A stretch of 63,312 nucleotides of DNA, filler included, from Kipferlia bialata (Eukaryota): NCBI GenBank assembly GCA_003568945.1. It is 9 parts of 8 records of this genome, joined end to end, with 100 filler letters (N's around TTAATTAATTAA, not from the genome) between each part and the next. Parts side by side here need not be neighbours in the genome. Positions count along the whole stretch, not along the records: positions 1 to 8,109 come from BDIP01001079.1; positions 8,210 to 15,449 come from BDIP01001080.1; 7 more parts are not named here. One strand, written 5' to 3'. The stretch's first letter is position 1. The number at the start of each line of letters is the position of its first letter. The position numbers were made by a program, and so were the translations under genes. Shown here piece after piece: positions 1 to 12,691 of this stretch. Below the pieces are notes generated by a model, which had not been told where the DNA came from, ran no database searches, and saw nothing but the letters and a program-made list of their open reading frames with translations.

Positions 1-79
1 TTTTTTTTTTATTTTGTCCCCCCCCCCCCCCCCCCCCCATTTCCTCATCGATGTATGAATACCTCTCTCTCACCCCTAG

Positions 80-456
80 GATCAAGCGTGACCACTTCTG
101 TGTGTTTGGTGACCCAACTGGCACAGGGACAGGGGGAGAGTGCATCATGGGACTGATCAAGGTATGTTAGTGTTTGTGTATATATTGTATCCCCCTCCCC
201 CCCTTCACACACACACACACCCTTCTAGCTCTGCGGATGGATCTTCTCTCTGTCATTCTCTTATTCCAGGGCCGTTCTGCCAGATACCTCCCCGACCACA
301 TCCTCCTATCCAAGGGCCTGCCCATCAAGCACGACAGGGCAGGTTAGTATAGTGTATTTACTATATATTGGTGGATAGGTGTATATATATATCATACTCT
401 CTAAGGGCCTGCCCATCAAGCACGACAGAGCAGGTATAGCCTATGTTACTGATATA

Positions 457-493
<37 letters not shown>

Positions 494-1221
494 TCATACC
501 CTCTAAGGGCCTGCCCATCAAGCACGACAGGGCAGGTTGGTAGTATAGTTTAGTGCTCTATATCTGTTTATCATGTTCCCTCTCTCACCCCCCAGGCATT
601 GTGGGTCTCCTCCCCTCCATCAACAAGCCCAACACCCTTGGGTCCCAGATATATGTGACACTGGGACCTGCCCCTATGCTCGATGATAGGGGGAGCATCA
701 TAGGTGGGGATCAGTGTATATATATATAGTATATATGTATGCATGCCTACTATTACACCTAGGAAGACAGGGGGAGTGTCATAGGTAGACAGTGTTGAGT
801 AGCATATACATGTGACCCGATGCATACTACCATCTGGAGTGTTGAGAGGAGTTGCTGAGTGTATTCCCCCCCCCCCCCCCCCCCCCCATTCTCCCATCTG
901 CCGGCAACTCCACTGATCCTCCCCTGAGGGGAGTCCCCTCTATCTCTCTCTCTCTCTCTCTGTATCCCCTCCCCCCTCTGCCTCTCACCCCAGGCAATGG
1001 GCATGGGAGACAGCGCCCAAAAGAGGGGCAGGGGGGTGGATGGGGGCGAGGTCACCCAAGACCCAAAGAGGAGGCCTGGCGAGGAGAGGGGAGGTACCAC
1101 TGGTGTAGTGGTGGACGGACAGCCTGGTGACACCGACCCTACCCCTACCCTGCCCATCCCCACATACTCTCTGCCGAATGGGGCCAGGCTGGGTGCGGCA
1201 GATGAGAAGGTGTTCATTTAG
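80..1221 (+). CDS. PPIL4: Cyclophilin-type peptidyl-prolyl isomerase, PPIL4/CYP59-like (multi-exon, 5'-partial)
   Basis: Spliced exons read IKRDHFCVFGDPTGTGTGGECIMGLIK / GRSARYLPDHILLSKGLPIKHDRAG / IVGLLPSINKPNTLGSQIYVTLGPAPMLDDRGSIIG ... GARLGAADEK. GDPTGTGxGG and GSQxxIT are cyclophilin motifs, and RLGAADE matches the PPIL4 'GRIGADE' segment. The RRM was not found. Confidence 0.72.
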
Positions 1222-1452
1222 CTTGCCACTCCGGCAGACAAGGAGAAGGTGGGAGATGGTTATGCTTCGGCCCCAGTGGATTATAGCCAGTGTCTATGCG
1301 ACTATATTCAAAGCTCGGTATTTGGGATATAGACGTATTTATAGGGTGTAGACACTATGGTTCTCAAGTGGTACGCTTTCAGTGATGCGTTATTGGCTGC
1401 AAGGTAGGTTAATCTAGTTTCCGTCCGGCCCTATCCCCATATTCTCACCCCA

Positions 1453-4400
1453 GTTGACCCTATGGGAAGTGTGTGCCCATGAGACCCTAGTGTCTGACCC
1501 CCTTGCCATAGCCATAGTACAGCTTCTGCCGCAGATGCCCAACGTCACCTCGGTACGTAGACAGATGCTGTTAGATGACTACATTGTGTCTCATTATTGA
1601 TATATGTGCTGCTGACGTTGTGCGTTGGTTGGGCAAGTGACATTTCTTTGCTCATGTCATGGCTCATAGCTCCAACACATCAGTATCTGCCTTCATAGGC
1701 ATATATATGTGTATATTAATTATGTATATCTATAGTATATTTTAGTGTATAATTTAGTAAACTATATATATTTCTCTATAGTCTTTACACTATTCTATAT
1801 GTACCCTTTACTTCTATATAAGCTTACTTATACTGTTAGTATTCCAGTATTCTATTCTATATATTATATTGTGTATATGTTTCATGCCCACATCCAGGTC
1901 ACGTTCAGCAACCTCAAGCTCTCCGAGTCTGCTGGAGTACTCCTAGCCTCCGTATTGCCTGTGATGCAAAGACTGAGAGAGGTATGGGCAGGGGTATCCA
2001 TTAGTGCTCATTCTCTTGCATAACACAGTTGTGTGAAACACATTCCCCTGTGTCACTCTACTACCAGCTCTCTGTCTCGCTGATTGAGGTCCGACAGAGG
2101 GAAGCAGTAGCATTGCAGGCAGCTCTCTCTCAGATGACAGGCTTGGAACAGGTGGGTATACTTGTGTACATTCTCACCACCCAGTTCCCCACCCGTTGCT
2201 CAGAGTCAGCTAACCATTTCCTCCAGCGGATTTCCAGCCCAACTGATCCCCATTGTCACCAAGGCGCTTCCCAAGCTTACGAGACTCACAAGGGTAAGTG
2301 CTATATGTGTATGTATGAGTTATGGTCTCACGTTATTCTCCTGTTCCATCTCAACATCAGCTAACTTTCCATTGGGACAAGAAGAGCAAGAAGGGCACCA
2401 AGGCTCTGTGCGAGGCTCTCATGCTCATGCCACAGGTCAAGAAGGTGCGATATTAGTGTTCCTTGAATTAGTACTATTCCGGGTTCTGATACACTGTTCT
2501 GATGCCAGTTGTCACTCTTTGGCAACCACATCGGTGACTACGGAGCCAAACTGCTAGCACCTGCTCTGGCCCTGATGACTGACCTCACAGAGGTATTACT
2601 GCACGTATATATACCATTGTGAACATGAGTACATACACATTGGCATTGTATTTAACATGGGATGACCTTACACCTAGCTAAGTCTGTATGCCAACTCTAT
2701 CGGGGATGAGGGTGCTAGGGCCCTTCTTCCTGTTCTGGTCAGACTCCCAAAGCTTGAGAAGGTATTCCAATACGTTGATATATGTGTTGTTTCGTGGAGT
2801 GAGCACAAGTTGGTATTTGAGCTGAGGTTCCTGCTTTGGAAGTACGAAGTATTCTGATGTCAGTTCCAGAGGAAAGATAACAACACGAGATTCTACGATG
2901 TCCACTGTATAGTAGGATACTACGGGCCAGATGGGAGGTTGGATGCGTGGCTGAAGGTCAAAGATGGGCTTGACCGCGCTAAGGCTGAGGCTGAGGCTGA
3001 GGCAGAGGCAGAGGCTGAGGCAGCCCTCAACCCAGTGAGCGAGGCAGAGAGTAATGAGGGAGACCCGGCAGAGATATGGAATGAAGCCAGGTTCATAGTA
3101 GAGTGCAAGGACCCGGCGAGACGCAGATGCGATGATCGTGACAACAGAAAGAGCTTTAGGATCTACGAGGGGTCACCATCAGGGGGCAAGAGGGTACGTA
3201 TGATATAGTTTGTTATTCTACCTTGCCTCACCATCAGCTCCTCTGCAAGGGAGTGCGGCTGGAGGGTACCGAGGGCCGAGCCTTTGTCAGGGGAATGACC
3301 AGTCTGACAGAGCTATCAGAGGTACGTCGGCATCAGACATATGATTGTCAGTGGACATTTTTGTATTCAAGCACCACGTACTTGGGATATGGACACGTTT
3401 TCTAATTCCCAGATATACCTTAAGAACTGCACCATCACTGAGGGTGTCGCCGTTGTCCTTGCGGAGAGCCTCACCCAGCTCGCCCTTCTAGACACGGTGA
3501 GTCACTGAGTGATACGCTGATAAATATTTGAGGGTTCGCTCTGCTTGTGAAATTGGAGTTACAAAGCAATCACATACAGTTTCTCTAATTCCTCACTCAC
3601 AGGTCGGACTCGATAACATCACACAGTCAGGTGCCGCATGGGCACATGTCTTTGCGGCCCTCCCTAGTGTGGCCCTTCTGAGAGAGGTTGGATACATACA
3701 TGCTCATGGTTATAATGACATGCTTTCCTGAGATACCTTCTATTGACATACGTTATTGTTAGTGTCAATTGATAGGTTGTTTTGACTCTCTTAGGTACGT
3801 CTCGATCGGAATACACTCTCCAGCCCAGCTGCCCAGTCCCTGTCCAGGGCCATGAAGGAGCTACCCAGAGTTTCAAAGGTTTGTGTTGTCCTTGTGTATT
3901 CAATCCTATCAGTTACTCAGGTTTGGTATAGGATGTTGCGATGAGTGTGCCGGGTTCTGTCACGACTGATTCAGTTTTGCGTGCTGCAGAACGTCATGTC
4001 TGATGCGGACTCTGCTGTCGTTGCCGGTGCTCTACCACAGATGGTGCAACTCACAAAGGTACTCAGTATATATGGATGGGAGGTCACTCCCTCTGTTTCG
4101 AGAATTTGCAATCTCTACCAATAGCTGTTTATCACCAAGATACCAACGTTCATTGTTACTAATCGTACCGTGTCTATTAGGTTCCATTGACACAGCTGGA
4201 ATGGCAGCAAGGATCTAGAGCACTTGAGGTTGCAGCTCTCTGCGAGTCTCTTCCACAGATGCAGAACCTGGACGAGGTTAGACCTTCAACATACCATATA
4301 CTCTTCTATTCCCACTCTCTAACCGGCAGTTCCTCTGGAGCAGTGGAGATGGCCCGGATCTCAGTGTTCCAACGCTAGTCTCTCTGGTCAAGGTCATTTC

Positions 4401-5313
4401 CCGTATACAAGGACTGACAAAGGTATTCTGCTCCCTCCCCTAGCTGTTCATATAGGTTGATTCTTAATACTATATTGCGACAGTCGAGTGAAATAACAGA
4501 GGCATCAGAACACTATTCTGCCTTGTGATAGTCAATCAGTTTCGAACTGTGAAACCCACCTCAGCTGAATCTTCAATGGTCCAAGAGGAGCGTGGTGATT
4601 ACTAGAGCAGTTTGCCTTGCACTCAGCCAGATGCTTGGTCTGACTTCTGTATGTGGATCTTTTGCCTAGTAGATATAGTGTCCATAGCAGAGTGTATTTC
4701 TAGTTCTTGCTAGCATCATTAACTTCGTCTGTTTACTCCAACTGTCTTCCAACTAACACAGGTGTCCATCTCTCACACCTTCCTTGGGGATAAGGGGATA
4801 ACCCTCCTAGCACCAGTGCTCAGCCAGATGACCAACCTCACATATGTACGGTCTATATATATGTGTATATTCAAAAAAAGGCTGAGCAGTCTTATCATCA
4901 CTACATTGTATATGCAGTCACAACAGCCACCGCATCCTTGCTCACCTATAGCTCAGCTTGTATTGCACCCGATTTGGGACTCCAGGGGGCATTGCGCTTC
5001 TCCCTGTGCTGGCTGGGCTTCCCCGGCTCAAGAATGTGAGTAAAAGTAGTACACAATACCACATAAGAGTGAATCTAGTCAAAAGGAGAACTGTCGCCAT
5101 CCCATGTATCACTGATGACAGGCAAACTGTACGGGTCGCAACAAGGTCTTTGAGTATACCTTCGATTCGTACGGCATTCTCAGTCCAAACTCTCCAGAAG
5201 AGAGAGAGAAGGAGTGCGCAAGAATGCTGGAGCAGGTAAAGTTGTACGGTTGTTCGTTTCTGTTCTCTAAACGTGTGTTTGCCCCTCATATCCAGTGTGC
5301 CAATATGAAGTAG
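1453..5313 (+). CDS. Ribonuclease-inhibitor/NLRC3-like leucine-rich repeat protein (about 20 exons; start uncertain)
   Basis: Series of phase-0 exons, mostly 84 nt: 1898-1981, 2068-2151, 2210-2293, 2361-2444, 2509-2592 (LSLFGNHIGDYGAKLLAPALALMTDLTE), 2678-2761 (LSLYANSIGDEGARALLPVLVRLPKLEK) and more. The last exon is CANMK* with TAG at 5311-5313. Confidence 0.85.
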
Positions 5314-5683
5314 AGGACTCCAGACTGGAGTCTACAGTGCTGACCTCGGCTCAGCACACACTGTCATCTGGGCCCGGCTCATCTTGGCGTGTAAAGTCGT
5401 TGTGTCTCAAAACCATACACTGAGTAGAACCTCTGAGCATGCTGATGGTGCCTGGTTCGTTGCTTACTCTATGCTCAAAAGTCTTTAGAGTGTTTTGGAT
5501 GAGCAGTCATACCCCGTCGGCATACATCACTGTATGACTGACCCATCATTAAAGTGAATGGAAAGCGTGTCTACTGAAACTACATATTTATGATTGGGTA
5601 TACTACTTAGAAACTGCATGCGCTATTCCCTTGGGACCTCGCTCTGGCACCAACTATCCTGCTTCTCTCCCTCCCTCCCTCAC

Positions 5684-5716
<33 letters not shown>

Positions 5717-5731
5717 GTAAGGTGTCTGTCC

Positions 5732-8054
5732 TCACAGTACTCTCACAGGTGGTAGGGGGATCCTGAGGTGGGAATAGACTACAATGATGCTATCCCGAGA
5801 CACCAAATGTGACATCCCATCCTTTTACGCACCAAATAGCTACATATACCACGCCTGACATCCAATGTGGGTCCTATTGCTCACAATATACGAATCGATA
5901 ACACATGTAATCACAATACACTCTCTCTCACCTAATCTCCATGCGTGTGCTCACATACTCTGCTAACTCTAATACCCCTCTTATGTACATATCATATGTA
6001 TATCTATCTATATATAAATTCAATATACCTGATCTCCATGCGTGTGCCATGGTTCTTCCCCCCCCTCAGCGTGTTCACCTTGAATGTGCCGTTGTACTGC
6101 TTGACAGTGTAGTAGGCCTGGGGGGAAGAGGGGGGTGAGAGGGTGTGTGTGAGGGAGAGAGGGAGAGGGTGAGAGAGAGAGAGAGAGAGAGGGAGGGAGA
6201 GAGGGAGAGAGGATACAGTGTGTACTATTCCACCACCCACCTTGGTGAGACCGAAACCCTTTCCGAATGAGCGTCTGTTCTGCACCTCGGGTCTATCTGA
6301 GGTGTGGTACATCTGGGGTGAGAGAGAGAGAAACTTTACATATTGGGGACCAATGGACATCATCATGTATCCTTATACACCTGTACTGATAGTAGGAGTG
6401 GTACATCTGGGGGGTGAGGATAAATGCAAATATATATATGAATATAGCATGGCAATACTATAGAATTCTTAACCTTGACTGCGTCCTGCCCCCCCCCCTC
6501 CCCCCCGTCTCTCTACTTCTACAATACATGTGTGGTGATTACTTTGATTGCTTCTTGCAGTTCCACCTCTCTCCCTCTCCATCGCTCTGTACAAGTATAA
6601 AAGATAGATAAAACTATTGTGCATATATATGTGTATATATCCCACCTTGATTGCGTCCTGCAGCTCCCCCTCGTCCTTGAAGCCTATGCCCTCGTCCTCG
6701 ACCAGTATCAACAGCTCCTCAGACCCACCGGACAGGGGGACATTGGTGATGAGGCCCTAGGGGGTGAGGGAGAGGGTGTTGTGATATACTACATATATAC
6801 ATATATATATATACATGTATACTATATATATGTATACTATATCTATATTGCTATATTGGTGATGAGGCCCTGGGGGGGTGAGGAGGGGGTATATATACAC
6901 CCAGAATAATCGCTAAAGACCAACATAATACTACAAGAACACAATTCGAATGTGTATTATATACACCCATCCATACCTTGATTGTGGATGCCTCACTGTA
7001 CTTCCTCGAGTTGAGCATGAGGTCCCTGGGGGTGAGGGGGGAGGTTGGTATTACCACATAGCTAACATACACATGGACTGTACTATGTATACCTGAACAC
7101 GCCTTTTGACATTACATACTATAGACATTATATATGAATATCCAGCACCAACACGTACTGCAGACAAATACACACACACATATATATACGTATAAAGGTA
7201 TGCACCTGAACACGTCCTGTAGCACACAGGGCATCTTGACAGACACACCAGGCAGGGAGGACTCGTCACACGAGGAACGGCCTAGGGGTGAGGGTGTGTC
7301 TACTATCAAACTACATGCGTATACTCACACACCCTATATTCCTATATACCCTGCATACCTGATCTCTCGAACCCAGACAGTATCTCCTCACTGGACATGG
7401 TCATCTCCTCACTGGACTCAACAATGAGGTCAGAGTCACTGGACAGGATGTCGAGGTCTGGGGGTGAGGAAATTGGATACAGAGTGATACAGAGTGACAC
7501 ATATGAATGTATATCTGTACTAAGGTGAATGATACCTGCCGGTGGCCTTGACACTGCTGACTCGAGCATCAGTCTGGTGGGTCTATCTAGCATACCGGAC
7601 TCAGAGGCTGCTAGGTCGCCTGGGGTAAGATATGCTATACATTCGGGAGTACGATACATGGAAGATAGACTGTGGATATGAATAGAAACATACTTCCACC
7701 CCCACCTATGTAGAGCATGAACGTGTGTGTGTGTGAGGCCAGGTCTGCACTCTCTGTCTGCTGGAGCACAGACTGCTGCAGACGCTTGGGCAGTCTGGGG
7801 TGAGGTCCTAGGAGGGTGTGGGTGTGGGTGTGGGTATACATACAGTGCATGGAGACGCTTGGGCGGAACATGGACCTGTCTGCAAATAACCCAATACCAT
7901 ATTCATACATATACACACCCCTCCTCATGAATGGCACCCTCTGACAAACCCTTTTTCTCTCTCTCTATATATGTATATCTGTCTATCTATCAACCAATAC
8001 ATATATTCTTATATACCTCCTCATCTGCTCTGCTGTGAAGGGCCACCCTCTGGC

Positions 8055-8060
<6 letters not shown>
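5732..8060 (-). CDS. Histidine kinase-like ATPase (HATPase_c/GHKL) protein, sensor-kinase type (5'-partial at gap)
   Basis: Minus-strand exons join to MPCVLQDVFR/DLMLNSRKYSEASTIK (N box) / ...LLILVEDEGIGFKDEGELQDAIK (G1 box DxGxG) / MYHTSDRPEVQNRRSFGKGFGLTK (G2 box) / AYYTVKQYNGTFKVNTLRGGKNHGTRMEIR / IPLPPVRVL*. Confidence 0.85.
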
Positions 8061-8109
<49 letters not shown>

Positions 8110-8209
8110 NNNNNNNNNNNNNNNNNNNNNNNNNNNNNNNNNNNNNNNNNNNNTTAATTAATTAANNNNNNNNNNNNNNNNNNNNNNNNNNNNNNNNNNN
8201 NNNNNNNNN
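8110..8209. other. Assembly gap with artificial TTAATTAATTAA linker (same at about 15450, 23547, 30491, 36339, 40886, 53405, 61069; plain N gap at about 47749)
   Basis: 100-nt N blocks with a central six-frame-stop 12-mer, mostly flanked by homopolymers or microsatellites. Confidence 0.95.
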
Positions 8210-8525
8210 TTTCTCCCCCCCTCTAAAAAACCCCCCCCCCCCCCCCCACTCCTCGTCAGTGGCACTATATGTACACACACCACTCACTCACACTCCTCTC
8301 CTCTCCTCTCAGCACAGGTGTATTTCGGTCATAATTCACTTCTAGTATCCATGTTTCCTATTCATCTCATGGTATTCCCTCTCTTATGTTACAATGACCT
8401 CGATTAGTGTAGGATTAGAGTGTATCAAGGTATACTCCCTCTCCCTGTAACGTACGGCCCAGTATCCTCCTTATATCCCTCACTGAGTGTATTCACACCC
8501 TCTCCCATGACTCCTCTCATCCCAG

Positions 8526-11046
8526 GTGGATGGTATGTACCATGAGTTGCTATGGGCTATGGATGACGATGACAGGGAGACAGTCATCAGCTTCTGCCTC
8601 GGGGTGGCCAGGCATCTGATAATCGATGAAGAGGTGGGTAGGGACTGGATATATTGCATATACTTATAAGTGAACTAACAGTATGATCTATTGTGTGGTG
8701 AGGACTCTGAAAGGTATCTTAGTTGGGGGGGGGGGGTTGGGGGGGGCACAAGCCTGTAGTATAATGAGTAAATATACTACTACTGGAGAGTGCACCCCAC
8801 TATACAATTATTCCTGTGGGATTAGTCTAAATTGTGTGTCTCACTGTAGGACCCAGAGTTTGCCCTTTCTGTCGCCAATGATACCAAGCTGCTGCCTACT
8901 ATCATATCATACCTCTCGGAGGGGTATCCTGCTGAGTCATTTGAGGCTGGGTGAGTGGTACTATTACCTACATCATTAGAAGAGTATCGGACCGTGTGCA
9001 TGTTATCTGGTAGTGCACTGTATCCCCTGTGTTCAATGTACCACCGTCTCACCCACAAGTTCCCTGATCGCTCTTGTTTCTGGTCTGGCACCCAGTGGGT
9101 ATTACGGCCACCCGATATACTCATGGCCTGTGCAGCGTATGGTGGAGGAGGGTGTGCTAGCTGTGATGGCCCCCTACGTCCACAGGGGTACTCTAGGTAT
9201 GGCAACTGTTTTATGATAGCCTTTCACACTGTATTAGTACATACACGTAAGTATTGGTAAAGGATATCTCACCAATCACAGTGTCTGACACTGCTGTGAA
9301 GGCCCTCAACAACATCATGCACCACTCCGTCCTGGCAAGGGATACGGTGCTGCAGAACCACACGTTGTTGGACGAACTGCTAGCATACGCAAGGCATACA
9401 TTGTGGCATATGCCAGTCGCTGGAGTCTCTTCAACCTTGAACCCCCTCTCATACTGCGCATCACTTCCCTCTCTGTGTATTGCTATGTGACTCTCCCGGT
9501 CTAACACTCCAGACACGCAGAGACAGACACTGAGGTCGACAATGCCATCGACACACTCCACAGACTCACCCTGTACGTTCACCAATAAGTGTATGTCATC
9601 CATCTCTCTTCGAAAGTCATATCGGGTCTCTCATTATGTATGCTTGTTGCTAGGTTCTAACCCCAGTGGATTGCCCATGCCTCTCTTCTCAGACATCAAG
9701 GAGGTATGGTCATGTCTAGCATATATCCACAGCGCAGTAATACTGAGAAGAGAATTCAATTCTTTCAATGTCCCTGTGTCGTGTTCCTGAGCCCAGGTAC
9801 TACCCATTGCAGCCGAGTACATCAAGACCAGACAGGAGGAGTGGGACCTGGAGAGGCTCATAGCCTGTATCCACATCTACACCATCATTGGAAGAAGGTA
9901 CGCCTCATCCTACGCATTGTGTAGCTAATTCAGTATCATCTTCTCTTTGAGGTGCATTGCTCTGACATGTTCTTACACTCAGTGCCGACGATCCCACCGA
10001 AGCACTCATGGACGTAGTGGGGGAGGACCTAATCCCTAGGTAATCACAGCTAGTAGTAGTAAGACCATTTGTGACGTAGATAGCAGACTATATTGCTAAT
10101 ATTCCTCTTAGTCATTCACAATAGTCAGTCATGCTTCTGTTGGGGCACTCTCTTACTTCCCTTACACAGACTGATGGAGCTGAGTCTACATGCCGAGCCG
10201 ATTGTATGGAGAAGTGCCGTAGACATCCTACACACAATATCCCAAGACATATCCCCAAGCCTCCTAGGGCACGGGGTCATGCAATACCTCCAGGTACATG
10301 TATATAGTCCCATTTGGTCCTTGACTGATATACAATCTCTGGAATATGAGATTAGATGTGTCTCCACCTGACACTTCCAGACGCTGATGCTACGCTTCGA
10401 GGCAGAGGGTGAGGATGAAGAGATGAGGTGGCTGGTCTGCAAGATGGCCAATGCCGCTGCCTTCGGGGAGACGCCAGAGTCTGAAACCAATGTTGAGATG
10501 GCAGTGAGTTCAGGTACCAGCAGATATCCCTCTCGATACTCAATGACACTTCCCTTACTCAAGGCTACGTAGACAGTGCTGTGAGGCAGCTCAGTATCTG
10601 TGGTAACCCCTCTAGACGGTCTGAGTGTTACGGTCACTCCTCGTTCCTGCTCAACCTCCTATCCACTTGGAACCCCCTCGCCCTAGGTAGTCCTAACCAC
10701 ACATATATAGTGCCACTCGAACTAGGGTATGCATGTACTGATGAGGTGTGATTCCCCGATATGCATTGGTTACTGACCCACCAGGCCAGCTGGAGGAGGA
10801 CAAGAACTTCAAAGCCATGGTCCAAGCATTCGAGACACTGGAAGAGACTGCGCCTGAGTCCCCTGACAGGTGTGTGTAGTGCAGTGTAGTGTATGTAATG
10901 ACAGGTCTCTCACCACCAGTGCCTCCTACCTCGCAGACACTGTGTGGTTCCTGCAGTATGTTCTATATGAGGTGTCAAGCTACCACCACGACCACTCCCA
11001 CGGCCAAGACCACCACATGTACTGGGTCCAAGAGTTCCAGGCCTAG
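8526..11046 (+). CDS. Divergent importin-alpha-like armadillo-repeat protein
   Basis: Exons include AVKALNNIMHHSVLARDTVL (cf. AVWALGNIAGDSxxxRDxVL) and LIPRLMELSLHAEPIVWRSAVDIL (cf. VPRLVELLxHxxxxVxTPAL). The frame ends ...HHDHSHGQDHHMYWVQEFQA* (TAG 11044-11046). Some junctions are uncertain. Confidence 0.6.
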
Positions 11047-11478
11047 CTGATAGTATCAGTGATAGCCTATCAGTACCAGTATCAGTATAGGTGTGATACG
11101 TATCCAGATTTGTGGATCGCTGTACTTGTTGAAATATATGGAAGACTATTGTATGCGACATAGACTTTTTCTCTCTGAATGACATCGTGGTGTCAAAGTC
11201 CCCTCATCGGTGTATCTGTGACGCTAATAGAGACAATCACTACTTGTTCCTCTTGAGTATCCTCTTCGGGGAGAGTATAGGATATTTCACTATTGGCTGT
11301 CCCAGACACACCTCTGTACATATTCCTGAAGTGGCGATAAATCCAGCCTTGCTGGTCGCATGGTATAGAGTAAGAGGAGAGACAAGGCGCCATTTCAATA
11401 AGGGTCCCTTATTAAGGGTCCGCTGTATTTGTTGTGAACCGTTCGTCAGCCAACTAGGTTGAACGGCTCTCCACGCCG

Positions 11479-12150
11479 ATGACAATCCACAACGTCTGTC
11501 GCCGCACTGCGAGCGCACTGTGGGTTCTTGCTGCGATAAGACTCTTTCTGCCTGTTCTGCTCTATGGCCTGTTCTGGGAGGACCTGAGTGAGGCCGAGAG
11601 AGAGGAGGGTGATGAGATATTCAGGTGGGAAATAGTGGTTCCATTGAAACTCCCTTGTGTTATGCTACTTCAGTAACCCCCCCCCCCCAAAACCTACGTC
11701 AGCGTGGCACAGCTGATTTATATTGATGCCTTGATCATGGGCACAATTGGCGTTGTCGGCCTCAAGTACTGTACAATAGGTAATTCCAGTGACATATATA
11801 CCTCTAGTAAATTCGCCGTTGCTAACTACACATGTATCTTCCTACCCATTACCGGTCTATATCGTTACTCGCAGGCGCCATCCTCTCCATGCTCTACCCT
11901 ATGTGGCTGCTACACATGTTCTACCTGCAAGACTGTGTCTTTCGTGTGCTATGGGCCATGTTCAGGTGGAGTGTTACACACATGAATACTGTATACTATG
12001 TAGAACATATACACTATGTATACTGCACTGAGGGGGGGGGGGGCTATTCATGTGGTTGTATTTGAGTCTGTTTCCGTGTAGCAACCATTTACCATCAGGG
12101 CTGCTCTCTTCGGTGTAGCACATTACACAGCCCCACCCAAGACCAATTAG
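11479..12150 (+). CDS. Small multi-pass membrane protein of unknown function (4 exons)
   Basis: ATG at 11479 and four phase-compatible exons: MTIHNVCRR...FLPVLLYGLFW...EIFS / VAQLIYIDALIMGTIGVVGLKYCTIG / AILSMLYPMWLLHMFY...AMFR / AALFGVAHYTAPPKTN*. Confidence 0.6.
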
Positions 12151-12691
12151 TTCCTCCCAGTTAATACTGATACTGAACGATGTACGTGTGGGGAGTCCAG
12201 AGAACGTGATATACCATCCGTTATTTGTACTCAGCATTCGAAAACTCTCAACAGTGTAGTATTGGCAAGCAGCGTGTCAACCTACACGGATACGATAGAC
12301 AGTGACTGGACGTTGCAAGCTCCCCAATTGCTTAGTAAGCTTAGCCAGGATCAGTATCTAGTCGCCCCCTGACTCGGGGGGTCATTTTCTCTCTCTACGA
12401 TTCCTGAGAATATTCTGGTTGTTGCCTTAGTACTATTTATGATCCTCAATCGATGGTGACACAAGATGACTTGCACTTTGTACCGCAGTGTGACTGTATC
12501 ACCATCAGTGTCTATATCGGCTGCTTCTTGGCTCTAGCACTCCTCAATACTAGCTAGACTCGTGCTGCAGTATATGTCCAACTGTGAAGGGTATGCAACT
12601 ACCCAAGAGTACTACCGTCTTCCCTCCCTAGAACCTAGTGTAGATACTATCTAGAAAACATGTGATTAATTATCCCTTGTTCATTCACTGT

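Noticed and set aside
8154..8165. Recurrent palindrome TTAATTAATTAA
   Set aside because: Always centred in 100-nt N blocks; an artificial six-frame-stop scaffold spacer, not biology.
9385..9400. Possible GC-AG donor in the importin-like gene
   Set aside because: The exon boundary cannot be fixed without transcripts; alternative GT donors exist nearby.
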